Below, piece after piece: positions 1 through 12,454 of a stretch of 64,000 bases of DNA. Each line of letters begins with the position of its first letter. Position 1 is the first letter of the stretch. The notes under the pieces are model-generated. The model did no database searches. It saw nothing but the letters and a program-made list of their open reading frames with translations, and was not told the DNA's origin. The position numbers and the translations under genes were made by a program. Origin of the DNA: Macrostomum lignano. Lineage: Eukaryota. The stretch lies in the NCBI GenBank assembly GCA_002269645.1, contig NIVC01002026.1:62001-126000 (forward strand), read 5' to 3'.

Positions 1-807
1 ATAATTACTGCTTGAGGTTGAGCTGGCCTCTCTAACCACCCGCTCCCTACAGCTCAAGACTGCGTTTTGTCCTAAATAAGCCATTGTTGCCATGCTTGAA
101 TCTCAGAATTTGATGGCTCTCAGGCCATTCAGTGCGGCTCAAAGCCTGTCTGTTGCTGCTGGCTGCAGGTGGCAGGAGTGCAAAATGCAGTGAGTTGCTG
201 CGGCCGAGAGCTGGACAGAATTGAGATGGGCTGCCAGAGCTCGGCTGCACTTTAATAATAAACAACTGATGAAGCCCGAGACTGCAATTGAGAGGCTGAG
301 CAGCTGCCTCTTGCGAAAATTTATGCATGTATAGTTGGTTCGATTCCGTGCGATTGGCCTGAGGCCATTCTCAGCCATGAAGGCCAACTTCTGAGGCTCT
401 GGCAGAATGGATTAGTTTCATTCTACACCGATATCAACTAAAGTCACTGTACTAATTGCATGCCTGTGCACTGTGCAGACAATGCGATAGGAATTCTAGG
501 ATTGCTTTTTTAGACTTCTGCTGGGTCACAGATTCATGGGAAATCAGTAGTTTTCAGGGCATATTGTATCGACCGAATTCTCTCTTCAAGGGAGGCGTTC
601 AATTCATTCTCTCTTCACACCTCTTCTCCCTTTAAATTTTAGACACTTTAGAGTCTTTAAGGCCCCACTTGCATAGCCGTAGCCATTTATTGACCATCCA
701 TATTTTTATTATTTATTGTTTTTCATCCATTCTATTTATTTGCTCCGGGTCTGCAGGACCTGTGTGCCATCGAACTCTGCTCTCAGCCACCAATCTGTTT
801 TTTAGAG

Positions 808-1203
808 TCTCTGACTCATCACACTGCACATGCACTCCATTCTCTGACTCATCACACTGCACATGCACTCCATTCTCTGACTCATCACACTGCACATGCA
901 CTCCATTCTCTGACTCATCACACTGCACATGCACTCCATTCTCTGACTCATCACACTGCACATGCACTCCATTCTCTGACTCATCACACTGTACATGCAC
1001 TCCATTCTCTGACTCATCACACTGCACATGCACTCCATTCTCTGACTCATCACACTGTACATGCACTCCATTCTCTGACTCATCACACTGTACATGCACT
1101 CCATTCTCTGACTCATCACACTGTACATGCACTCCATTCTCTGACTCATCACACTGTACATGCACTCCATTCTCTGACTCATCACACTGTACATGCACTC
1201 CAT
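808..1203. repeat. 33-bp minisatellite, about 12 copies
   Basis: Unit TCTCTGACTCATCACACTG(C/T)ACATGCACTCCAT recurs at 808, 841 and onward; it generates the spurious ORFs 669..1289, 713..1237 and 802..1203. Confidence 0.95.
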
Positions 1204-1427
1204 TTGCGCAGTGCTGTATGCGCTTGTACATGTACAAGTTTTTGCATTATCGATTTTTGCACCCTGTCATTATCACCTCTAAATATTGACGGCAACTCGC
1301 TCAAATAAACTCTGCTTTACTCGGCCTGACGAAGAATTTACAGTATTCTAAATATTATCAAATTGAACTGAACTGACTTTTATCAGTCCTTTTTACCGAG
1401 CCAGTGCCTGAGACTGGAGGTGCCCTT

Positions 1428-1532
1428 CTCTCTCCTCTCTCTCTCCCTCTCTCTCTCCCCTCTCTCTCCCTCTCTCTCTGTCTCTCTCTCTCTCTCCTCT
1501 CTCTCTCCCCTCTCTCTCCCTCTCTCTCTCTG

Positions 1533-1563
<31 letters not shown>

Positions 1564-1565
1564 CC

Positions 1566-1611
<46 letters not shown>

Positions 1612-1613
1612 TA

Positions 1614-1645
<32 letters not shown>

Positions 1646-1711
1646 CCCTCTCTCCCCCTCTCTCCCCCTCTCTCCCCCCTCTCTCTCTCCCTCTCTCCCC
1701 CCCTCTCTCTC

Positions 1712-1759
<48 letters not shown>

Positions 1760-1815
1760 CTTTCCCCCTCTCTCTCTCTCCCTCTCTCCCCCCCTCTCTC
1801 TCTCTCTCTCCCCCC

Positions 1816-1847
<32 letters not shown>

Positions 1848-1972
1848 TCTCTCGCCCTCTCTCTCTCTCTCCCCCTCTCTTTACCCCCCTCTCTCTCTCT
1901 CTCTCTCTCCCTCTCTTTCCCCCTCTCTCTCTCTCCCTCTCTCCCCCCTCTCTCTCTCCCTCTCTCTCCCCC

Positions 1973-2007
<35 letters not shown>

Positions 2008-2043
2008 TCTCTCGCCCTCTCTCTCTCTCCCCCTCTCTTTCCC

Positions 2044-2113
<70 letters not shown>

Positions 2114-2122
2114 CTCTCTCTC
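1428..2122. repeat. (CT)n / polypyrimidine low-complexity tract
   Basis: Almost exclusively C and T on the + strand. Confidence 0.95.
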
Positions 2123-4189
2123 TGCATACCTGTGTCTTATTCACCCATTCACCTTTGTATTCAGCACGCAAAACACGTGGCTCCGGAGAGCGCAGCCCTT
2201 TATTCCTCTTCAGTTCGCTATTTGATTTCCAATAGCCATGCATTTAAACTTGATAATGATGGCACTTGAAGAGATGCGAAAGGTTTGTCTTGTTCAAGCC
2301 AAATCCAAGTCTTCAGTGCAGCAGTGCCGAATGCACCTGCAGGGCACTCCTAGTTGCAGAAGTGATCATGCAAAAGGCTCTCCAGCTCACATCAGGTTGT
2401 CCCCCCAGTTCACGTTTATGGAAATCAATAATTTTGCTTCAGAGTGACAAAATATACATGTGCACAGATTCTTAAATGATGTACATCTATGAATTTAGCC
2501 ATGCACACATGTATGTACATGTCTACGAGTATGTAGAATTCTTGGCTTTGTTCCCTCCACAAAATCCATGGCGACGCCCCTGGCCTCTACGAGTATCTTG
2601 GTGCCTCAAGAACGCGCTGCTTTTACTTTTTAGCTGTGCTTAACAGTAGAAACTACCAAGAATTCCCCAATTCCCCCCTGACAATTTTTTTTGCTGCGCC
2701 GGAACGGAGCCGGAACGGAGGCACACGAAGTTCAAGAACATGGGCTAACTTTTTGTTGCGCACCTTCTCAAAAAAGAATCAAATCGCCAGCCCTCCGGGC
2801 CGTCGAGATATTCGACGATTCTGCCAGAAGGTCGGATTTTCCCATAAGCGCCAGTGTATTCAGTACACCCCTGTGCGCCAATCAGCACTACGCCTCAGTG
2901 CAGCCTTGCTATAAGCCTCCAAATTTCATCAGCACGTCGACCACATGTGTCTGCATCAGCTCTGACTTCGTTGGTCACTGGCCTTCACCCAGACGGAGCT
3001 TCTGGACCTTCAAACAGGTGGCAGCAGGTGACTGCGGACACCCTCTGATACGAATTTCTCGAGTTTCGCTGGTAAAAATCAACTGCTGGACATCCTCAGC
3101 TGGTCTCTCAAGCATTCCTTCATCACCCTGACGCCGTCGGCACCTTCAACAGATGACATCAGCAGGCGACTATGGACATTCTGTTGCAGCTATGTCAGAT
3201 TTTTCTTATCAAGCTTGAATAATGAGCAAAGCTCAACTGCTAGGCACCCTCAACTAGTTTCTCAAGCAGTTGGTCGGCATTCAGCCGTCTTTGGCAGCTT
3301 CAAGGAGACGAAACCATGACTATGGACAACCATAAGAGATAGTTTTTGATTGTTTGCATTTTAGTAACTTATATTTAAGACAGAATACTTAGATATTTCT
3401 GAGCAAATTCTGAGCAAATTCTGAGCAAAAACATACTGGATAAAACATACTGGAACCGGAGCTCGATACATACGATCGATATTTATCATTGCCTTTCGGA
3501 CTTGCAGGGTGGAACCTTGGATGACAGAACAATTTTCTGACACGTCAGAGGTCTGGCAGTCAGGGCCTATGTACTATTAATTGTCAGCTGTGTGAGCTAG
3601 TACATGCACATGTATACTGGTTGATTCACGGACAAACCCCCTATTTACAAAGACATGCATAAACAGTTCGCAATGCTACTTAATTAACTTGCGCACATGT
3701 GAGCGGCATCTTTAAATAATTTCAGAGAAGTTATTCTGCATACTAGATTGAACCTGTAAATTGTAGGCAAAAAGCAAACCAGGTACTCCAGTTAACCAAC
3801 TTTTGGGTTGCTTTGTTCAAATGGAATATGCGAACTGGTTCAATCAAATGTTTTATGAAGAGATCACGCCAAAAATCATGAAATCAAGAGTCAATCAGCC
3901 GAACCATCTTTCAATCTGTCAATCAATCAACCAATCAATCAATCAATTAATCAATCAATCAGTGGAAGGGTCAAGTGCGGCGTTTCGCCTGCTGTCAGGT
4001 TAAAATTGAAAGCCGCTGCTTTCTGTCTGTTTTTCTGAGCTCTGTGGAGCTTCGGCAGTTTTGAGTGACGATTTGAAAACTCTTGCTCCTGCTGAACTCA
4101 GAGACTTCTAGACTGGAATTTCTTGCAAACTGCTGCTAATGATCCTTGGCTAAACTATGACCCACCTGCTAATAAAAGGAAAGTGTTTC

Positions 4190-4810
<621 letters not shown>

Positions 4811-4976
4811 CCCTATAGACAGATAAACAGACAGACCGACACAAGCCTCATTCATTTCAATTGGCCCGTGCCAGCGCTGACAATAGCACACAATTGTGAC
4901 GCAAATAAGCAAAAACAGTTAAATTCCAGCAAAATGCGGCGCTCTCCGCAATGCACAGCACCGATACCAAGCCGAA

Positions 4977-7900
4977 ATGGAAGCTCTTTGGAGAATCCTG
5001 ACAGCGATTGCAGCAGTTCTGATGCAGACCTTCGGCAGGTCCGCAGGCCAAAGCGAGGGCCTTGATGGCACTGAGCAGGAGATCCTGGAAGCTGTTATGT
5101 TCGAAAATGAAACAAAAGTTTCACGATACCTGCAGACGCCTCATAACGTTGATAGGCTCTTCAGCATCAATGGGATGATATTCTCACCGCTTCACTTTGC
5201 GTGTGAAAAGGGAAAAGACAAAATTGTCGAAATGTTCATTCGAGCCCAAGCTGACGTCAATCTTCAACTAAACACTGGCGAGTCACCTCTATACATTGCA
5301 TCACAGGAGGGTCACCACCAAGTTGTGAGCTCACTCATCAAAGCACAAGCTGACGTCAATCTTCAACAAGTCGATGGCCGCTCACCTCTCTACATTGCAT
5401 CACAGAATGCTCACCGCCAAGTTGTGAGCTCACTCATTAAAGCACAAGCTGACGTCAATCTTCAACGAAACACTGCTGAGTCACCTCTCTACATTGCATC
5501 ACATAATGGTCACCACCAAGTTGTGAGCTCACTCATCAAAGCACAAGCTGACGTCAATCTTCAACGAAACACTGGCGAGTCACCTCTCTACATTGCATCA
5601 CAGAAGGGCCACCACCAAGTTGTGAGCTCACTCATCAAAGCACAAGCTGACGTCAATCTTCAACGAAACACTGCTGAGTCACCTCTCTACATTGCATCGA
5701 TTTTTGGTCACCACAAAGTTGTGAGCTCACTCATCAAAGCACAAGCTGACGTCAATCTTCAACGAAACAATGGCGAGTCACCTCTCTACATTGCATCACA
5801 GAATGGTCACCACCAAGTTGTGAGCTCACTCATCAAAGCACAAGCTGACGTCAATCTTCAACGAAACACTGCTGAGTCACCTCTCTACATTGCATCAGGG
5901 AAGGGTCACCATCAAGTTGTGAGCTCACTCATCAAAGCACAAGCTGACGTCAATCTTCAACTAAACACTGGCGAGTCACCTCTCTACATTGCATCACTGC
6001 AAGGTCATCACCAAGTAGTAAGCTCACTCATCAAAGCACAAGCTGACGTCAATCTTCAACAAGATGATGGCTGCTCACCTCTCTACATTGCATCACAGAA
6101 TGGTCACCACCAAGTAGTGAGCTCACTCATCAAAGCACAAGCTGACGTCAATCTTCAAGACGTCGATGGTTGCTCACCTCTCTACATTGCATCACAGAAT
6201 GGTCACCACCAAGTTGTGAGCTCACTCATCAAAGCACAAGCTGACGTTAATCTTCAAGAAGTCGATGGCTGCTCACCTCTTTACATTGCATCACAGAATG
6301 GTCACCACCAAGTTGTGAGCTCACTCATCAAAGCACAGGCTGACGTCAATCTTCAACGAAACACTGGCGCGTCACCTCTCTACATTGCATCACTGCAAGG
6401 TCACCACCAAGTTGTGAGCTCACTCATCAAAGCACAAGCTGAAGTCAATCTTCAACGAAACACTGGCGAGTCACCTCTCTACATTGCATCACTGCAAGGT
6501 CACCACCAAGTTGTGAGCTCACTCATCAAAGCACAAGCTGACGTCAATCTTCAACGAAACACTGGCGAGTCACCTCTCTACATTGCATCAGGGAAGGGTC
6601 ACCACCAAGTTGTGAGCTCACTCATCAAAGCACAAGCTGACGTCAATCTTCAACGAAACACTGGCGAGTCACCTCTCTACATTGCATCAGGGAAGGGTCA
6701 CCACCAAGTTGTGAGCTCACTCATCAAAGCACAAGCTGAAGTCAATCTTCAACGAAACACTGGCGAGTCACCTCTCTACATTGCATCACAGAATGGTCAC
6801 CACCAAGTTGTGAGCTCACTCATCAAAGCACAAGCTGACGTGAAGGGTGTACATATTGATTGTCAAGAAGTGGCTAAAAGTACATTCGCTGTGGAGTTGC
6901 CACCGAAACAGTTAGATTTTGGGTAAGATTCATTTTTGATTCTAAATAACTATTTTGATTAGTTTTTCACGGATCCGAAGAAGATTAGGCAATTGTGCAA
7001 GCAAGCGGTCATGAGAGGCAGTGTTGGCAGTTGGCAGTTTGCAGCAGAAAAGCTTGCAAACAGGTGAAAGCGAGAGCTTGCTGAATGCTGAGTCAAGATG
7101 AATTTAACATGGCTGATATCACAGGCAAGTATATGTGCTCACGGGGTTTATCCCTGTTGCAAGTAAATGCAATGTGAATGTGGAGTTCAGGACCCCATCT
7201 GCCGCCATCCCCATAATCGGCATCGTCAGCAAATCAGGTTTTCCGATTTACTCGGACCGCTCAGACCTGTTCGACCAATAAAGTTCCCTCGTAACCATGC
7301 CACTCTACAGACACTCTAATGGGCAGTCACGGAAATTGGACCATTTTCAGGGGCACACATTTTCTCCGGACACTGGGCTCACCTATGGACCCACCTTCAG
7401 CATGCTCCAGTCCACCTCCAGCATGCCCCACCCCACCTCCAGCATGCCCCACGCCACCTCCAGCCTGCCCCACCCCTCCTCCGGCCTGCTCCACTCTACA
7501 TCCAGGTCTCTGAATCTAAAGTATCAAATCCTCATCGCTGAATCAACTCTTTTCCCACCTGCCAACCATACACAGACACTCTGCATGGGACACTGTATGG
7601 GCAGTCATGGAAATTGTACAATTTTTCAGTAACAAAGCATGCACACATTTGCTCTAAACTAAACTAAAAGAACAATTAAAGGATCAACTGCCTGCAAAAT
7701 GATCAGCAAAATCAATTCATGCACTGTTCGGGAGGGCTGCCCTGTGCTACAAAAATCAGTCAAATAACCCGTCTAGACCTGCAAGTTTTTCACCTATAAC
7801 TCACATTTCAGATGCAGTCCCAGCGACTCAGAGCTGAGCCATCAGCTGCACTCAGCACTGGAGCAGTCAGGCTTCACCGAATCCCGAGCCGCATTGCAGA

Positions 7901-9969
7901 GCGCGGCTGCCGATGTCCTGCAGCAGATTCTGAGAAGTCGACTGGATGATAATCCATTTTTTGTGGTCGGCAGCTACTCAGAAGGCTGGGGCAACAACCT
8001 GACGACACTGGACGGCAGAACTGACGCCAATTCCGACATTGATGTGATGCATTTGATTTCTGGCCGAGAATACCACCAGAAAAGTCTGTGCGAGTGCGAT
8101 GGAGCTTCGGAGCAGCACGAGCTGGTGAACGGGCACATTCAGTGCTCAGGATTCGGTGAGTTCTCTCTTGGGGAGTGAGATTGTCTGGTAGTTTTGTTAT
8201 GACTGTTAGAGATTGCTAAGAAAACTTGGCAAGATTGTTGGTTTTAAATTTTTGTAGGATTGGTAAAAGTGGAGCAATGCTATGGAGGACTCAGTGAAAA
8301 ACTGTTCATTTTAGCAGCTTTTTGCATTTTTAGGTAAGAAGACTCGAATTTAGGGAACTTATAGGTAGCCTGTGACCTCTCCGTAGTGAGTTTAGGGTGG
8401 GTGCAAATATCGTGTCATTTGGTTGGGCGGTTTCTAAAGCTGCATATTTCCCGAACAGTCCAAGGCATCACCGCACAGACTCAAAGCTGTATATTCCCCA
8501 ATCGGGAACCGAATCGTTTTTACAGCCTCCAACCCTGCTCATGCGACACCCGGATGCCCGCTGAGGCCAGCGCTGGACAATGTCGACGCATGCCGTCTCT
8601 GCCGCTACCCGCCCATCACGCCGCTGCTGCCAAACCGCGTCTCCAACATCCCCCATCCGGTGTTGGAGGCTCTCCAGAAGGTTCTCACCTCCGCCTCATC
8701 GCCCTGTCACGTGGTGCACGCAGCCTCTCCTGACCGAGGAGGCGAAGAGCTCCGCGTGAGCACCAGCTTCCTGGAGAACCGGATGCTGCGAAGTCTCACT
8801 ACCCTGCAAGGCCAACTGTTCGTCACACTCAAATACCTGGTCAAGAAGGTCATCTGTCACAAGAATGGCTTGAATTCCTACCACGTGAAGACCATCGCCT
8901 TCCGAATGGTGGCTGAGACGCCGGTCGAGCAGTGGAAGAAGGAGAACCTCGTGAGTCTCACGAGACAGTCGCTGCAGATGCTGCTCGACTGTGTGGAGAA
9001 GAGCCGAGAGCAGGACAGACAAACACCTGACACACCTGACCGATCTCGGGTCGCATCATGAATCATTTCTTTCTCAGCGATGCGGCCATCTACCTCAAGG
9101 GTGCGGACAAGGAGAGAGCGGACCAGCATTTGGACGGCATCATGAGCACACTGAGAACAGGAATCGATCGGCTGCCCCAACTGCTGCAGCAGTTCATCGG
9201 CAGTCTCAGACCTGTGAGCGACTCAGGCACATTCTACTTCCACCCGTTCCAAATCCTGCCGGATCTGAGGCCGATGTCCCTCACGAAGTCCAGTGCTCTC
9301 GAGTACTATCAGATCTACGACGTGGTGAGAGAGTGTCTGGTGCGTCTCTCGCGCAGTGACTGCAGCCAGCGATCTCAGGAGTCGCTCACAGAGCTGATTG
9401 CCAGACTGCCAGACTGCACCCTCTCAGCACGGGAGGCTCTCAGAGCGCTGGCTTGCCTGAAGTTCGGCTACCGAGAAACTGCAGAGAGAGTCGTGAGCTC
9501 GTGCTTAGGTCACTCGGTGAGCAGAGGCATCGCTTGGTCTCGTGAGAAGTCGGCGACTGAAGCGACTGTGGAGTTCGTGATGCGGCATCTGAGCAGCCGC
9601 GACTCGGCGTGGAAGTTTTGCTTTGAGTTCGACCAGCGACCGAAACTCGAGTTCTTGACAGGAGCTCTGAGGGAGTGCTTTCCCCTCCGGTTGTCGAGCA
9701 GAGCTGACCATTTCTACATGAACTTTGATGCTCTGCTGTGGGCTCTGCGGCTCGAGCTGCGGACTGATCGAGAAGCGTGCGCTCAGGACTGGATCCGGGA
9801 TGTGGCTGAGAGAGAGGACTCGGATGAGCAGGAGGTGCTGGTTGCCGCTTTGAATTCTTCAAATCTGGAGCAGATTCTGGAAATAGTAAAGAAGCTGAAG
9901 ATGATGAGGGCAGATCTTCTCAGTTGGCTGAAGGCGAGACTTCTGGAAAAATGGAGCGATCGAACTTAG
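4977..9969 (+). CDS. Ankyrin-repeat + Mab-21/cGAS-like nucleotidyltransferase (cGLR-type) fusion protein, about 1244 aa; exons 4977-6922, 7812-8155, 8526-9969; apparent 1-nt frameshift at 9048-9050
   Basis: Exon 1 has 17 ANK repeats (SPLYIAS..GHHQVVSSLIKAQADVNLQ). Donor GG|gtaag at 6922 joins acceptor tttcag|A at 7812 in phase 2 (GGA). Donor G|gtgag at 8155 joins acceptor tttacag|CC at 8526 in phase 1 (GCC). Motifs: VGSYSEG...SDIDVM, VDAC, ELRVSTSFLENRML, LKY, SYHVKT, W, NHFF, matching the order in Mab-21/cGAS-family proteins. One extra G at 9048-9050 gives DRSRGRIMNHFF and a total of 3735 nt. Confidence 0.85.
5184..6845 (+). repeat. Coding 99-bp tandem array: 1 divergent + 16 near-identical ankyrin repeats
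   Basis: 33-aa periodicity in ORF 4977..6926; the DNA units differ at only a few codons. Confidence 0.95.
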
Positions 9970-11069
9970 GAAGTTTCGAGTAAAAAACAAAAACTGTTTT
10001 GCTGGTGAGCTGGTAATTAATATTTCTATTTTCCCAAATTATCCGACTGCTCTGATATTCCTCTTCCATTTTCGCATTGAGTCGGCATCCCCGAGAACTT
10101 CAGCTCATTAACATGTACTTTACTGCCATCTGGGTCATTGTCCTTGAATTCGTTGGAAATTTCGATTTTTTAAACAAAATTTTCAGTGTAACATTTTGTT
10201 ATAAATGTCTCATTATCGAATTTAGCAAATTCCGCTTCATCAGTAGCTTACTGACCGCTTTCGCACTCGGATATTTTATGACTTCACGGTGCTTCAGTTC
10301 CACCGCGTTTTGACTGCTGCAGTAGAAATGGTAAAATACCATTTAGCCAGTCAGCCATATAATTCTGAGATACGAGCATGATGACAATGGCTTATTTTTG
10401 TCAAAATAAGTGAGCGCAGTCTTGAGCCGTAAGGAGCGGGTGGTTAGAGAGGCCAGCTTAACCTCAAGCAGTAATTATGCTATTCTCAGGCTGCACATCG
10501 CTCTTCTAGCCTCCCTGCAACCAGCGATGCTGTGCTCGGTGTGTTTTGAGCAGTGAGCTGGATGGAGTTGCATTCTAGCCAGACTTGTTTTTTGTCTCTG
10601 AGACAGGGGGGTTGGCGTTTCGAGAGGCGTTTCGAGAGGCCTGTATGGGGCAGTTGCCAACTCAAAGCAGTCTCATCGCAATGCAGACAAAGCACTGCCA
10701 CTGCTGAGCTGGGTGGGGCCGCTCCAGATGAAGGTTGGAGACTGCAGGCGCGTTTTTAGTGCTTTGCTTTTGCAATGTCGCCTCCGGCGTTTTTGGCAAT
10801 TTTGGCTTTGGTTTTTCAAAACGCAAAACGCATTGAAATGAGAGATGAAGGTCATCTGCAGACCCTTACTCAAATTAATAAGCTGTCGCAGGAGGGCTGC
10901 AGCCACCCTGGCACAACGCCTTCGGCGACCTCAGTCCCACATCCCACGGCAATTCAGCCCATTCCGCTAAATCCTGAGCCATGCAAGCTCGCCAATGCTG
11001 TACGCAGGCACTCATGCACAGTGGTCCCACAGGGTGTACAGCGGCCCTAACTTTCTCATCGTCTAATCA

Positions 11070-11560
11070 GCTTGGCTGCCATCTGCATGTACCCGCCCTG
11101 GAGATCTGCTCCCTCTTCCATCTGCATGTACCTGCCCCGGAGATCTGCTCCCTCTTCCATCTGCATGTACATCAATCTGCCCTGGAGATCTGCTCCCTCT
11201 TCCATCTGCATGTACCTGCCCCGGAGATCTGCTCCCTCTTCCATCTGCATGTACATCAATCTGCCCCGGAGATCTGCTCCCTCTTCCATCTGCATGTACA
11301 TCAATCTGCCCCGGAGATCTGCTCCCTCTTCCATCTGCATGTACATCAATCTGCCCCGGAGATCTGCTCCCTCTTCCATCTGCATGTACATCAATCTGCC
11401 CCGGAGATCTGCTCCCTCTTCCATCTGCATGTACATCAATCTGCCCCGGAGATCTGCTCCCTCTTCCATCTGCATGTACATCAATCTGCCCCGGAGATCT
11501 GCTTCCTCTTCCATCTGCATGTACATCAATCTGCCCCGGAGATCTGCTCCCTCTTCCATC
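11070..11560. repeat. 45-bp (some 39-bp) minisatellite
   Basis: CCGGAGATCT recurs at 11221 and 11266. Confidence 0.9.
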
Positions 11561-12454
11561 TGCCGCTATCCAACAGCCATGAAAGAAGGCCGGCTCCCAA
11601 GCCACAGAGAGTGAACTCAGGGCCGCTGTACACCCTGTGTGAGCATTGCGTATGAGTGCTGTGCCTGCGTACAGTATTGGCGCGCTTGCAAGTGCTCTAT
11701 CAGGATCTGGGAGCAGCCATCAGCAGCCAATTTCAATAATCAAAATTTCAACCGCCTGGCTTTGCTTTGCCTTCAAGCAGAAACCGCACTGAAGTGCTCC
11801 TTTACTTCACCGCCAGCCGCCACCATTGAAAAGCAAATTCGCATTTTCAAGCGGCTTCAATTAAGCTCATCAGTGTTTTCACCTGGGTTTCTGATCACCG
11901 GAGTTGAGCAAAAAAAGGCTTCAGTCCTTAATTACCGCAGTGTGAGCTCTGGAGAAGCGCAGCTTGCAGCGGAGCGGAAAAAGCAGCCACCTCTACTCGT
12001 CTCAACCGCAGCCACCCGAGCAGCCCAGCTCCAGACCAGCCCAACTCAATGCTCAGAGGACAATGGGTGAATGCTGAGGCTTGAGGGCCGAGCCAGCAGC
12101 CTGCGAACGCGTGGCACAGAAGGCTCGCAGCAAATGCTTTGGGTTTGGGGGGGGGGGCTGATGTTTTCCTAGCAATGGCACAGAGAGAATCTGTGAGCGC
12201 CAACCCTGCCTGCTCAAAGCATTCATTGCCTGTGCGTTCTCAGCGAGACTATAGAGAATTCACTGCCTTGAGTATTCGGTTTGGAGAGTTTGAGATGAGG
12301 GCCTCGCAGACTCATAAGAATAATAATAGGGGCTTTAGAGGCCGGCGTGCTTGGCTGTCCCTCTGTATTAAGATAGCAGAAAAATAAGCTTATGTGTGCA
12401 GCATGGCAGACATTCAACTCATTGGACAATTAAATGCTCACTAATTCATTTTCT

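Noticed and set aside
2636-3300. Complex, coding-like sequence, possibly a transposase remnant
   Set aside because: No recognisable motif in any frame, and the frames are interrupted.
7297-7632. Pro-rich 21-bp repeat with acceptor-like TTTTCAG at 7350 as an extra exon of the ANK-cGLR gene
   Set aside because: It enters in frame, but the only nearby donor (CAG|GTCTCT) is weak and phase 1, which does not match the phase-2 acceptor at 7812. Direct splicing already works.
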